Shown: in pieces, positions 1 to 14,097 of the stretch
How positions within the stretch are numbered: the stretch's first letter is position 1
How the letters are laid out: every line of letters begins with the position of its first letter
DNA from: the human T2T-CHM13v2.0 reference genome, Homo sapiens
Assembly: GCF_009914755.1 (NCBI RefSeq)
Contig: NC_060944.1
Reading direction: 5' to 3' (one strand)
DNA: 64,000 bases
The notes under the pieces: generated by a model
What the model saw: the letters and a program-made list of their open reading frames with translations, nothing else
What the model was told of the DNA's origin: nothing
Databases searched by the model: none
Position numbers and translations under genes: made by a program

Positions 1-231
1 TTTATTTTTCCATTTGTGGCATTTTCTCCCCTAATAACTGCTCTGTTGTGACCATGGGAATGTCAGGTATATAAAAATACCCAAATAATGAGCCCTCTCC
101 TAAAATGATAAAGAAAACCAATTTTTTTATTTCTCCTTGTCCTCTCCAGCCCAGCTTCATACTGACCTTAAAACTTTGGGCAATAAACCTGTCATATAGT
201 GTTGCGTGCTTGGTTCCATCAGCATTTTTTG

Positions 232-257
232 GTGTGTGTGTGTGTGTGTGTGTGTGT
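232..257. repeat. (GT)13 microsatellite
   Basis: Direct GT dinucleotide run. Confidence 0.95.
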
Positions 258-799
258 TAGCCAAAACAAACAGCGTATTGTCTACTACGAACATGCAAGG
301 ACAAGTTTTTTGGAGGAGCTTGGGTAAGCGTTGTGCAGGGACTTAAATTTCGGCTTCATGTGCATGACGGTTGAAGGCTCCCTTGTCAGTCAGCCTGGGG
401 CAGCACAGGAAGGGGGAAGAAGGTGAGAGAAGGAAAGCAGTTGTCTCCTAGGAATACAATGAAAGGTGGGGCTGAGGGGAAAGAAAGGAGAAGGAAAGAC
501 ATACAGGAGGCCTCTCTGACCTAACAGGACACCAGTAATCCGTGTTGCTTTCCAAGATCCCTGGGATTAGCACAAACACAATTGATGCGTATTCCGCAGG
601 TGCCTAGTATGGAGGCTTCCTCAGGCTACCTGAGAGGAATAATTTTCCTCTTGTGAGATGCTCTGTCTAAATCCACTTTGATTATTTTTCTGGGGTTCGC
701 TGTGGTTGCATTAAGATTTCTAAGGTAGGAGGCATTATTGTTTCTTCTCTCTGTCTTGCACCTGCTAAAGGTGATCAGTCACTTCCTATCTGGAAAACC

Positions 800-1240
800 T
801 AACCTTCCACCCCATCGTCACCCTAGCCCAGGCCCATATCCTTCCTTAGCTAGATAATGGCAGTGGTCTTGTCTCCTATACCTGTTTCCTGTGTCACCTT
901 TTCAACTTGTTCTCCCTCTTGGAATCATAATCATCCTTCTAAAATGAAACGCTGACCATGTTATTGTTGTAAGCTCATGGACATCCACTGCCTTCACAGT
1001 GATATTCTAACTCCTTAGCATGGCGTGCGAGACCTTTCACCATCTGACTAGCCCTGCTCACTTATCTCAGGAGCACTTACCTTGCTACAACATAGACACC
1101 TATTCTCTATGAGTCCATACTTCAATTCCTTTGTAGGTGTTATCTTCTCTTCTGAGAAGGTAACCTGCTCCCCATCCCTGACTCATTCCATGTTGTTCTG
1201 TGACAAACTCCTACTTATAAACATTAATCACAAATATTAC
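800..1240 (+). mobile_element. L2 LINE fragment (3' region)
   Basis: Degenerate match to L2 motifs (CACCCTAGCCCAGGCC...CCTTCTAAAATGAAACGCTGACCATG...CTCCTTAGCATGGC). Confidence 0.6.
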
Positions 1241-1701
1241 TTAGTTAACCCTACAATGATAATTGGAGACTCCAAAACCCAAGCTCAACAATTGACATAA
1301 AAGCCAGAAAGAAGATAAGTAAAGAAGCAGAGGACTTGACCAACACAGTAAAGCAACTAGATCTAACAGATATATACAGAACACTCCACTCAGCAACAAC
1401 AGAACAACTTCCTCTCAAGTGAACATGGGACATTTTCCAGGACAGACCTTATGTCAGGCCACAAATCAAATTTCAGTGGATTTCAAGAAACAGATATATT
1501 CAAACTATCATCTGTGACCATGATGGGGTCAATTTACACATCAATAACAGAAGAAAAACTGTAAATTTCACAAATTTGTGGAAATTAAATAAGCCACTCT
1601 TACACAATTAAAGGATCAAAGAATAAATCACAAAAGAAATTAGAAAATACTTAAAGATGAATGAAAATAAAAACACAACATACCAAAACCTATCGGATTC
1701 A

Positions 1702-2064
<363 letters not shown>

Positions 2065-3080
2065 TTAAAAAAGAAGAAAGATCTCAAGTGAACAAATGAA
2101 CTTTACAACTAAGGAACTAAAAAACCCAAATTAAACCCAAAGTTAGCAGATGAAACAAATCGTAAAGATTAAAGCAGAGATGATAAAATAGAGAAGAGAA
2201 AAATAATAGAGATCAACAAAACCAAAAGTTCACTCTTCAAAAAGGTTAACAAAATTGATAAACATTTAGCTAGATTGGCTAAGAAAAAAGATAGAAGACT
2301 CAAATAACTAAAATCAGGAATGGAAGTGGGGACATTACTAACTGGTTCGCAGAAATAAAGTAGATTATAAGAGAGCACTATGAACAACTGTTTGCCCACA
2401 AATTAAATAACCTAGATGAAGTGATAAATCAGAGACACAAAGCCTATCAAATCTGAATCATGAAGAAATAGAAAATCTGAATAGATCTGTAGTTAGTAAA
2501 CAGACTGAATTAGTAATCAAAAACCTCCTGAGAAAGAAAAGCCCTGGACCTGATGCCTTCTCTGGTGAATTCTCTTAAGCATTTAAAGAACTACCATTAA
2601 TCCTTCTCAAACTCTGCCAAAAAATTGAAGAGGTGGGAACACTTCCTACCTAATTCTGTGAGGCTGGGTGTTGACTGATACCAGGCCAGCCAAAACATTA
2701 CAATAAAAGAAAACTACAGATCAATATATATGATAAACTTTAATGTAAAAATCCTCAACAAAATACTGGCAAACTAAATTCAGCGGCATACTAAAAGGTT
2801 TATACACCATGACAAAATGTGGTTTATTCCTGGAATGCAGGGACGGTTCAATATGCAAAAATGGGTCAATGTGGATCTGTCTTTATTTTGCTTTGTTTCG
2901 CCAATGAGCTTAAGACATTTTTAAAAAGCAAGAAAATATATGTGAATATAAAGGTATTCTCAAGTTAGAGTGACAAAGAATGCAAATGATTTCAACACTT
3001 TTTATATTGATTGCATGTTAAAATGATAATATTTGGATATGATTGGGCTAAATACAATATATTATTAGAATAAAAAAGTT

Positions 3081-3391
<311 letters not shown>

Positions 3392-3906
3392 TCAATGATT
3401 TAGAAAAAGTATTTGACAAAAGTCAACATCCTTTCATGATTAAAAAAAAAAACACACTCAAGGTAACTACCTCAACAATATAAAGGTATATATAAAAAAT
3501 CCACAGCTAGAATCATACTCAATAGTAGGAGGCTGATAAATTCCTTTAAGATCCTGAACAAGGAAAGGATGCCCACTTTCACCCCTTCTGTTCAGCGTAG
3601 TATTGCCAGCTCTATCCAGAGCAATTAGGCAAGGAAAACAAATAAAGGCTCCAAATAGGAAAGGAAGAAATAAAAATATCTCTGTTTGTAGATGACATGA
3701 TCTTGTATGTAGAAAACACTGAAGGTTCCACAAAAAAGTCTTAAAACTAATAAACAAATTCAACAAAGTCGCAGAATACAAAATCAATATGCAAGAATTA
3801 ATTGCATTTTCATACACTAACAATGAACAATTCAAAAATAAAATTAAATGAACCAATTCCATTTACAATAGCATCAAATATAATAAAATACTTAGGAATT
3901 AGTTTA

Positions 3907-4253
<347 letters not shown>

Positions 4254-4796
4254 GAAAATGATAAAAAGTTGCTGAAAGAAATTAAAGAAGACACAAATAA
4301 AAAGAAAGATATTTATGTTCATGAACTGGAAGACTTAATATTGTTAAAATGACAACACTACACAAAACAATCTGCAGCCTTAATGCAATCCTTATCAAAA
4401 TCACAATGGCATCTTTTGCAGAAATAGAAAAATTTGTCCTAAAATTCTTGTGGAATCTCTAGGGGTTCCAAATAGCCAAAAACAATTTTGAAAAAGACCC
4501 AAGTTGAAAGTCTCACACTTCTTGATTTCAAAATATATTACAAAGCTACAGGAATCAAAACAGTGTGGTGCTGGCATAAACACAGACATATAGCTCAATG
4601 GAACAGAAAAGAGAGCCCAGGAATACATAACCCCACACATAAGGTTAAATGATTTTTGACAAGATTGCCAAAACTTTCAACGCAGAAGTATTATCATTTG
4701 TTGAAGGCACTTAACAAACGATACTAGAAAAACTGGATATCCATGTGCAAAAGAACGAAGTTGGACCTTTGACTAATGTTATATATAAAAACTAGA

Positions 4797-7700
4797 GATC
4801 ATGGCGGATGGGAAGCAGGACTAGATTGCAGCTCCAACTTGGACGGACAGAGAAGCAGGGGGAAGCTAACATCGTGAATTTTTGCTCCAGAGTGATTAGA
4901 GGAATAAATCAGAAAACCTGAGAGGACCCACAGACCCCCCTGAAGGAAGTGGATTGCTCCTGCAGGACCCAAGAGACACCCCAAATACTGTGCTGTTATC
5001 CATGGCTGAGAGACCCAAAGATGGTTCACATCACAGGACTCTGCAGACAACCCCTAGTACCAGCCTGGAGCCTGGGTAGACTTTCTGGTTGGCTAGATCC
5101 AGAAGAGAGATGACAATCACTACAGCTGGGCTCTCAGGAAGCCACAAAGAGTACTACAACAAGGGAACCTCTGTGGGAAAAAAGAAACTGAACAGCAGCC
5201 TTCAGCCCTAGACTTTCCCTCTGACAGAGCCTACCCAAACAAGAAGGAACCAGGAAACCAGCTCTGGTAATATGACAAAACAAGGTTCTTTAACACCTCC
5301 AAAAAATCACACTAGCTCACCAGCAATGGACCCAAACCAAGAAGAAATCCCTGATTTACCTGAAAAATAATTCAGGAGGTTGGTTATTAAGCTAATCAGG
5401 GAGGCACCAGAGAATGGTGAAGCCCAATGTAAGGACATCCAAAAAATGATACAAGAAGTGAAGGGAGAAATATTCAAGAAAATAGGTGGCATAAATAAAA
5501 AACAATCAAAACTTCAGGAAACAATAAACACACTTATAGAAATGCAAAATGCTCTGGAAAGTCTCAGCAATAGAATTGAACAAATAGAAGAAAGAAATTC
5601 AGAGCTCAAAGACAAGGTCATTGAATTATCCCAATCCAACAAAGACAGAGAAAAAGAATAAGAAAATACAAACAAAGACTCCAAGAAGTCCGGGATTATA
5701 TTAAACAATTAAACCTAAGAATAATTGGTTTTCCTGAGGAAGAAGAGGAATCTAAAAGTTTGGAAAACATTTTGGGGGAATAATTGAAGAAAACTTCCCC
5801 AGCCTTGCTAGAGACCTGGACATTCAAATACAAGAAGCACAAAGAACACCTGGGAAATTCATCGCAAAAAGATCATCACCTAGGCACATTGTCATCAGGT
5901 TATCTAAAGTTAAGACAAAGGAAAGAATCTTAAGAGCTGTGAGACAAAAGCACCAGGTAAACTATAAAGGAAAACCTATCAGATTAACAGCAGATGTCTT
6001 AGCAGATACCCTACAAGCTAGAAGGGATTGGGGTCTTATCTTCAGTCACCTCAAACAAAACAATTAACAGCCAAGAATTTTGCATCAAGTGAAACTAAGC
6101 TTCATATATGAAGGATAGATACAGTCTTTTTCAGACAAATGCTGAGAGAATTTGCCACTACCAAGCCACCACTACAAGAAATGCTAAAAGGAGCTCTAAA
6201 TCTTGAAACAAATCCTGGAAACACATCAAAACAGAAACTCTTTGAAGCATAAATCTCACAGGACCTATAAAACAAAAATACAATTTTAAAAATAAAAACA
6301 AAAAACAAAAAAACCAATGTATACAGGCAACAAATAGCACAATGAATGGAATGGTACCTTACATGTCAATACTAACATCGAATGTAAATGGCCTAAATGC
6401 TCCCCTTAAAAGATACAGAATTGTGGAATGGATAAGAATTCACCAACCATCTGCTGCCTTCAAGAGACTCACCCAACACATAAGGACTTGCACAAACTTA
6501 AGGTAAAGGGGTGGAAAAAGACATTTCAGGCAAATGGACACCAAAACTGAGCAGGAGTAGCTATTCTTATATCAGTCAAATCAGACTTTAAAGCAAGAGC
6601 AGCTAAAAAAGACAAAGAGGGACATTACATATTGATAAAAGGCCTTGTCCAACAGGAAAACATCACAATCCTAAGCATAAATGCACCTAACACTGGAGTT
6701 CCCAAATTTATATAACAATTACTAATAGACCTGAGAAATGAGATAGACAGCAACACAATAATAGTGGGGGACTTCAATATTCCACTGACAGCACTAGACA
6801 GATCATCAGGACAGAAAGTCAATAGAGAAATAATGGATTTAAACTATACTCTGGAACAAATGGACTTAATAGATATATACAGAACACTCCATCCACCAAC
6901 CACTGATTATACATTCCATTCAACATTGCATGGAACTTTCTCCAAGACAGACCATATGATAGGCCACAAAATGAGCCTCAATAAACTTAAGAAAATTGAA
7001 ATTATATCAAGCACTCTTTCAGACCACAGTGGAATAAAACTGGAAATCAACTCCAAAAGGAACCTTTAAAACCATGCAATTAATATATGGAATATTAAAT
7101 ATTTTATACAATATTTAATACATGGAAATTAAATAACCTGATCCTGAATGATCATTCAGTCAAAAATGAAATAAAAATGGAATTAAACAACTCTTCAAAC
7201 TTAATGACAATAGTGACACAACCTATCAAAAACCTCTGGGACACAGCAAAGGCAGTGCTAAGAGGAAAGTTCATAGCCCTAAATGGCTGCATCAAAAATT
7301 CTGAAAGAACACAAACAGACAATCTAAGGTCACACCTCAAGGAACTAGAGAAACAAGAAAAAGGCAAACCCAAACCCAGCAGAAGAAAGGAAATAACCAA
7401 GATCAGAACAGAGCTAAATGAAATTGAAACAAAAAAAAAATACAAAAGATAAATGAAACAAAAAGTTGGTTCTTTGAAAAGATGAATAAAATTGATAGAC
7501 CATTAGCAAGATTAACCAAGAAAATAAGAGATAAAATCCAAATAAGCTCAATAAGAAATGAAACAGGAGATATTACAAGTGACACCACAGAAATGCAAAA
7601 GATCATTCAAGGCTACTGTGAACACCTTTATACACACAAACTAGAAAATCTAGAAGAGATGGATAAATTCCTGGAAAGATACAACCCTCTTAGCTTAAAT

Positions 7701-7924
7701 CAGGAATAATTAGATATCCTGAACAACCAGTAACAAGCAGAGAGATTGAAATGGTAATTAAAAAATTACCACCAACAAAAAAAGTTCAGGACCAGACAAA
7801 TTCACAGCAGAATTCTACCAGACATTCAAAGAATTGGTATCAATCTTATTGACACTATTCCACAAGATAGAGAAAGAGGGAACCCTCCCTAAATCATTCT
7901 ATGAAGCCAGTATCACCCTAATAC
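4797..7924 (+). mobile_element. L1PB (L1PBa/L1PB1-like): 5'UTR, degenerate ORF1 (~5272-6251) and start of ORF2 (from ~6342)
   Basis: Starts GATCATGGCGGATGGGAAGCAGGACTAGATTGCAGCTCC; ORF1 begins MTKQGSLTPPKNHTSSPAMDPNQEE; EN-domain peptide GDFNIPLTALDRSS...TFSKTDHMIGHK in ORF 6764-7069. Confidence 0.9.
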
Positions 7925-8441
7925 TGTCAGAGGCATCTGAACCAAAGCGACTCCATCTTGAGTGAGGGCTAGGAAAATGAGGCTGGGCCTTGCTGGGCTG
8001 CATTCTCAGAAAGTCAGGCATTCCTAGCCTCTAGATGTTTATGGTTAAGGGAACAAATTAATAATGTTTACTAAATAGACCCAGACTTGGGGGTGTCCAG
8101 CTATCCTAATATCTGGAGAATGAAGGCATTCCTAATTTTGCTTTGAAGATAATATTGATTCTTGCAAAATATAGTAATTAAGAAAATTAATCCTTTATCA
8201 CAAACCCTTGTAGCAGAACACATCTCCCCATATATACGAGCATTGTACCTAAGATGCATGCGTTCCTCCTCTTAATTTCAGGAATGTCCTACACTGTCTA
8301 TGGAGTAGCTGTACTTTCACCACTTTATTTTCTTAATAAACTTGTTTTTACTTTGCATTGCAGACTTGCCCTGAATTCTTTCATGTGCAATATCCGAAAA
8401 CCCTCTCTTGGGGCCTGGATCAGGACCCCTTTCCTATAACA
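7925..8441 (+). mobile_element. 5' LTR, MER41 family (MER41C/D-like, ERV1)
   Basis: TG...CA termini (TGTCAGAGGC...CCTATAACA), AATAAA near 8335, direct repeat of 13578-14097. Confidence 0.9.
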
Positions 8442-8447
8442 TCTTTC

Positions 8448-8465
8448 TGGCGACAACAAAGGGAC
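8448..8465 (+). promoter_or_regulatory. Retroviral primer-binding site, tRNA-Arg type
   Basis: TGGCGACAACAAAGGGAC just after the LTR; 16/18 match to TGGCGACCACGAAGGGAC (complement of the tRNA-Arg(TCG) 3' end, recalled). Confidence 0.7.
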
Positions 8466-9469
8466 AATGGTGTGGAATCCCCCTTCCCAAATGCTACTTT
8501 TAGGTAAGTATTGGGGTCCTGTAACATATTTCTGGCAAACCATGGAATGGACAATACTGAAGAAACTCGCCAACCCAAAGGATATAGACTGTAGCAATGA
8601 TTGGACGACTCTGAGCAAGTGGTGGGGTACCTGGGTAAAGAATCGGATGGGATTAGAGGCCCAACTGGGGGAGTTAGAGTCTCTCCCAAGCCAGAGTGGG
8701 TTAGAGGCCCCTCTTAGTGAAAGGCAAGGACGCTTGACCCACCTTGGGTTATAGGCCCGCCTTAGGAGGGTTAAAGTCCCTTCCAAGATTTAGGGGGCTG
8801 GAGGCCCCTCTCAGTAAAGTCCCTCTCAGCTAAGAATGAGTTTGGCACTGCAGGCTATGCTCTTTGTATTAATCTTCCTTGTTCTTCCTGCTGCATCAAT
8901 CAATTTCTCGGTTGCTGTCTGTTTCGCTGTCATTTTCAGAAGACTTTATTTAACGGGTCTTAGGGATTTTAACTTACTCTTTTCCTATGTGCCTCCTGAT
9001 TTTTGTCTGTTTACTTGTGAAACATTGAGAGCAAAAACCATTGAAGGCTCTGTCTCTAAAATTGTTCATTGAGATTTGGTATTTAACAGTTATAAGCAAT
9101 AAAATTAAACAGATGTGGTTATGTTTGGTTGCTGCTATGCTGACTAGGTGTGATCGAGAAGCACTAGGATGGAAATCAGGGGACTTTTCTCCTTGCTGTT
9201 TTGTTTTATTTTACACACTAAAAAAACTTCTTTCCTTTCTTGGATTCAGGCAAACTGGCTTTGCTTGTTCAATCCACACTGCCGCTATTTCCCAGAACCT
9301 GCTTGCTCTGGTCATTCCCATCTAAATCCTCTTCATTTCCTTTGCCTTATTTGACATTTTTGTCAAAGTCCATGTTGTGGTTTATCTGAGATTCATGGCT
9401 TGGCTCACTTATGTTATTTGGATAATGTGAATCATGTTTGATGAGAGGAAAGGAAGGAAAATAAGAAAA

Positions 9470-10717
9470 AGAGCTAGATACACCAGATGATTCTTTAATA
9501 CACCCCTCCCCTCCCCGCCATTCAGTGGGCAGTTTTGGGTGGAGCAGACCCTCCTTCTCTCAGTTCTGATGGTTCAGAGCTGGTTCTTTCTCCCTCCAGT
9601 CCACTTGAAAGTTCAGTTGAGAACCTTTTGTCCCCTCTTCCTTACCTGTCTAGTCTACTCTATACCCACGACTCCCTGAGGAACTTAGCCCAGTGAGTAC
9701 TACTCATAGTGAAGCCTCCTATCAGCTTCCAAAGGGAAATCTTTGTCTATTTAGGGAGGTGGCAGATGGGGAAGAAGGCACTGTGAGAGTACATCTTCCC
9801 TTTTCTATGTCTGATTTGGCTCTATGTAAAGAGAAGTTTGGTCATTTCTCTGAAGATCCAGGAAAATTCATAGACGAGTTTGAGAAATTAACTCTGACCT
9901 ATGGTTTAACTTGGCAAGATCCGCATGTTTTGTGTTCTCTGTGTTGTACAGTGGAAGAGAAACAACGCATTTTGGGGACAGCTAGGACTCATGCAGATGA
10001 AGTATTGGCTCATAATCTGAACCATAATATGTATCAGGCAGGAGGTATAGCAGTTCCAGATCAAGATCCAGAGTGGAACTATCAAAGGGGCAGTGAGGAC
10101 TTGGGGAGGAGAATTGTAAGGTCACTTGTTTGTAAGAAGGGATGAAGAAATGTATGAAAAATCCCATTAACTATGAAAATGTTAAGGATGTTTCTCAGGG
10201 CAAAGATGAGAATACAGCTTTATTTCAAGGGCATTTAGTTGAGGCAATGAGGAAATATACTAACACTGATCTTGCTTCAAAGGAAGGACAAACCCTCTGG
10301 GAGTGCATTTTATAACCCAGTCTGCCCCTGATATCCATAGGAAACTACAAAAACCAGCTATGGGTCCCCAAACTCCTATGGACAGCTTTTGGAGATGACA
10401 TTTTTAGTTTTTAACAACAGGGACAAAGCAGAGGAAGCAGAAAGAGCAAGAAGGACCTCCCACAAGGTGCAGCTCTTGGCTGCAGCCTCCAACTTACCTC
10501 CCACGTGGGGCTGCCCTCCTGGCTGTTGGCCTGGACAAGGGAAGCTGAAAGGTGGGAAGCCCAAAGCTGGGAGTCTGAGTCACCATGCCTTGGGAATAAT
10601 CAGTGTGCACACTGTAAGAAAACTGGCCGTAGGAAGAAGGATTCCCCAGGGTTCGGAAGGGAGTCACTGGGACCTGAACCAATGATGGCCGAAATAGCTG
10701 GGCAAGCCCAAGAGTGA
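9470..10717 (+). pseudogene. ERV gag remnant (capsid and degenerate NC zinc knuckle)
   Basis: VHLPFSMSDLALCKEKFGHFSEDPGKFIDEFEKLTLTYGLTWQD (ORF 9693-10145); NQCAHCKKTGRRKKDSP; frameshifted; TGA at 10715-10717. Confidence 0.85.
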
Positions 10718-11075
10718 TAGGGCCCGAGACCTTCCACTGAAGCTCCCATTGGACAACTAGCCATATCTCCAGAGAAGCCTTGGGTAACCCTTAATGTGGC
10801 AGGTAAGAATATTAACTCCCTTATGGACTGCTTACTCTGTTTTGACCCATTATAATGGGACTTTGTCACCCCAAAATGGTATAGTCATGGGGATAGATGG
10901 ACAATCCCATAGACACCATTTTAAGAATCCTTTAAGCTGCTCATCAGGGACTTTGGTTTTTCTCCTGAATGCCCCATACCTTGTTGGGAAGGGATTTGTT
11001 AATTCAGCTGCAAACAGTAGTATCTTTCATAAATCACAAGGCAGACAGAAATTGCTCCTTCTCCTTTCCTATGAA
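10718..11075 (+). pseudogene. ERV protease remnant
   Basis: In frame after the gag stop: EKPWVTLNVAGKNINSLMD; the DTG active site is disrupted by a small deletion before AYSVL. Confidence 0.7.
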
Positions 11076-12830
11076 TAAATGTCAGGCTTTGTTGCTAAAC
11101 ATCCTTATATAATTCTTAAAGTATGCCAGACTGAACCCAGCTACCTATTTACCTGAACTGGCACCCTAGATCATTCTTGTATACAAATTATGGAGCTAGT
11201 TTACTCCAGCCATCTGGATTTAAAGGATGAGCCTCTAGATAATCCTGAGGTAGAATGGTTTACAGATGGAAGTAGCTTCGTGCACCAGGAAAACTGGCAA
11301 GCTGGGGCTGTTGTCAGTCAACATGAGGTAATTGGATCTCAAGCCTTACAAGCCTCTACCTTAGCTCAAAAGGCAGAATTAATAGCTCTTATTAGAGCCC
11401 TGCAACTGGGAAAGGACCTAAGAATTAACATTTACACTGATTCTAAGTATGCCTTTCTGGTACTTCTGCTCATGCTGCTATCTGGAAGGAATGGGGACTC
11501 CTAACTGTTAAGGGTTCCCCTGCAAAACATTACTTAGAAATTCGGAGAATATTGGGTGCTGTTTTGCTGCCCAAGGAAGTAGCTATAAACCATTGTAGAG
11601 GTTATCAAAGAGGAGACTCTGGTGCGGCTAAGGGAAACTCCTTTGCAGATGCAACTGCTAACGCAGCAGCACTAAAGGAGCCAATAGGACTTATTGGCAT
11701 GTTGGTGCCCTCAGCCACTGCATTGACAGACCCTAGATATACTAAAGAGGAACAAGAATGGGCTAAAGGTCAGGGTTTAATTAAAGATCCTCTGGCTGGC
11801 TTATCAATGACAACAAACTGTTATTACCAGGTGCTAATCAGTGGAAAATAAGCATTTGTGTGACTCTAGTCATTTGGGAAGATATTTCCTGTTTCAATTA
11901 ACTTTTTATAGGAAAAGACTTAAAACAGTAAAGCAGCTAACTCAGGCCTGTGAACTATGCGCCTGGAATAACCCAAATAACCAATCTTCACCTCCTCCTC
12001 TAGTAAGGCCTGTTCAGCACAGGGGAACGTACCCTGTTGAAGACTGGCAAATAAATTATACTCAAATGCCCCTATGTAAAGGGTTTAGGTATTTATTAGT
12101 ATTTGTTGACACCTTTTCTGGTTGGATCGAAGCTTTTCCTACCTGGTCTGAAAAGGCAATTGAGGTTTCTAAACTCCTACTAAAGGAAATAATTCCTAGA
12201 TTTGGTCTGCCTTAAGAGCTTGCAGAGTGATAACGGCCCATCTTTCACAGCGACAATTACCCAAAACATATCTTTAGCCCTAGGAATTCAGTACCACCTT
12301 CACTAAGCATGGAGACCACAGTCTTCAGGGAAAGTAGAAAGAGCTAATCAAACTCTAAAAATGACTCTTGCAAAACTATGCCAAGAAACATCAGAAACCT
12401 AGTTGTCTTTATTACCTGTAGTCTTATTACTGGTTTAAATAGCCTCTAAAGGAAATCTGCAGCTCAGTCCTTTTGAAATAATGTACGGCAGACCTTTCTT
12501 AACTACAGACTGTCTAATAGACATAGATACTTTCAAGTTACAGAATTATGTGATCAGCGTAGGACAAGTGCAAAACGCACTCCTTGAATATGGAAATCAA
12601 AGACTCCCTTCCCCCACTAAGGAAGAGAATCTTGTTACAACCCAGCCGGGAGACTGGGTCCTATTAAAAACTTGGAAGAAATGATCCCCAGCAGATCAAC
12701 TGTCCCCCCAAATGGAAGGGATCCTATCAAGTTCTCCTTAGTACCCCAACTGAAGTTAAACTTCTGTGAATAAACAGCTGGGTCCACTTATCTTAAATTA
12801 AATCTGTCTCTTATGAAGTCCCACAGGCCA
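11076..12830 (+). pseudogene. ERV pol remnant: connection, RNase H and integrase (RT domain absent)
   Basis: WFTDGSSFV...AQKAELIALIRAL...INIYTDSKYAF (RNase H); EDWQINYTQMP...LVFVDTFSGWIEAFP, SDNGPSF and QSSGKVERANQTLK (integrase); many stops. Confidence 0.9.
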
Positions 12831-12911
12831 GTGGAACACAAGAGACTAATCCTGTTTATTCCTGTGAGCCAATAAGTGACCTCTGACTCCTGTTCAGAAG
12901 AAATGAGAGGG

Positions 12912-13373
12912 ATGAGTAACATAAAGATACGAATTGGCATTCTACTTTTGGGTATAAGTTGGAATCATGCAGAGAGTAACTTATTTACTGAGTGGGCATA
13001 GACTTTAGCCTCTTTACATAATCAGACAAACTGCTGGATATGTGGACATTTTAACGTACCAGCGGCCCAAGGGGGAACTTGTGTATGATCAAAACTGAAT
13101 GTTTTGTGTATGTTCCAGACTATTCACATTGACATTACTCAGGCTATGAAAGCTTTAGACACTCAGATCTCTGCCACCGACGTGCTATCAGTCAACCCTA
13201 TATTGGCTTGGTTCCAACAACTGTCCAGTTCTTGGAAAGCTTTCCTGTTTAGTTTACTTGGAACGACTTTACTTATTTTGCTTTGCTGTTGTGGAATATA
13301 TTGTGGCTGTACTCTTTGTGTAGAAATGCAAGACAAACTCACTCAATGCTTTTTTAAATTGAATACTTATTAA
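12912..13373 (+). pseudogene. ERV env remnant with large internal deletion
   Basis: Signal-like MSNIKIRIGILLLGISW; SU motif TNCWICG joined almost directly to TM AAQGGTCV..KTEC; hydrophobic anchor AFLFSLLGTTLLILLCCCG. Confidence 0.75.
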
Positions 13374-13577
13374 TCTTCCAGATATCACCTTTTGTCGGAA
13401 CTTGGAGTTGGTAATGACCTTCACCATACCACCACTCTGGGACTGAGCTTCTCTCTACCCTGATGCAAGAGACCCTAATAGGCAGGAATATGACCACCCC
13501 TATTCAGCCTGAAGAAGTTACAGAAGTTCTGAAACCCTTAGAAATGAGGGTCTTCTTGTAAAGGGAGTGGGGAGATA

Positions 13578-14097
13578 TATCAGAGGCATTTGAACCAGAG
13601 CAACTCCATCTTGAGTGAGGGCTAGGAAAATGAGGCTAGGACTTGCTGGGCTGCATTCTCAGAAAGTCAGTCATTCCTAGCCTCTAGATGTTTACGGTTA
13701 AGGGAACAAATTTATAACATTTACTAAACACACCCAGACTTGGGAGTGTCCAGATATCCCAATATCTGGAGAACAAAGGCATTCCTAATTTTGCTTTAAA
13801 GACAATAATATTGATTCTTGCAAAATATAGTAATTAAGAAAATTAATCCTTTATCACAAACCCTTGTAGTAAAACACATCTCCCCATATATACAAGCATT
13901 GTACCTAAGGTGGATGCGTTCCATCTCTTACTTTCAGGAATGTCCTACACTATCTAAGGAGTAGCTGTACTTTCACCACTTTACTTTCTTAATAAACTTG
14001 TTTTTACTTTGCACCAAGGACTTGCACTGAATTCTTTCTTGCGTGAGATCCAAAAACCCTCTGTTCGGGTCTGGATTGGGACCCCTTTCCTATAACA
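13578..14097 (+). mobile_element. 3' LTR core, MER41 family
   Basis: Preceded by polypurine tract AAAGGGAGTGGGGAG; roughly 90% identical to the 5' LTR by eye. Confidence 0.9.

Noticed and set aside
9693-13373. ERV ORFs as domesticated genes (for example a syncytin-like env)
   Set aside because: Fragmented by stops and frameshifts; longest piece is 150 aa; env lacks most of SU and the fusion peptide
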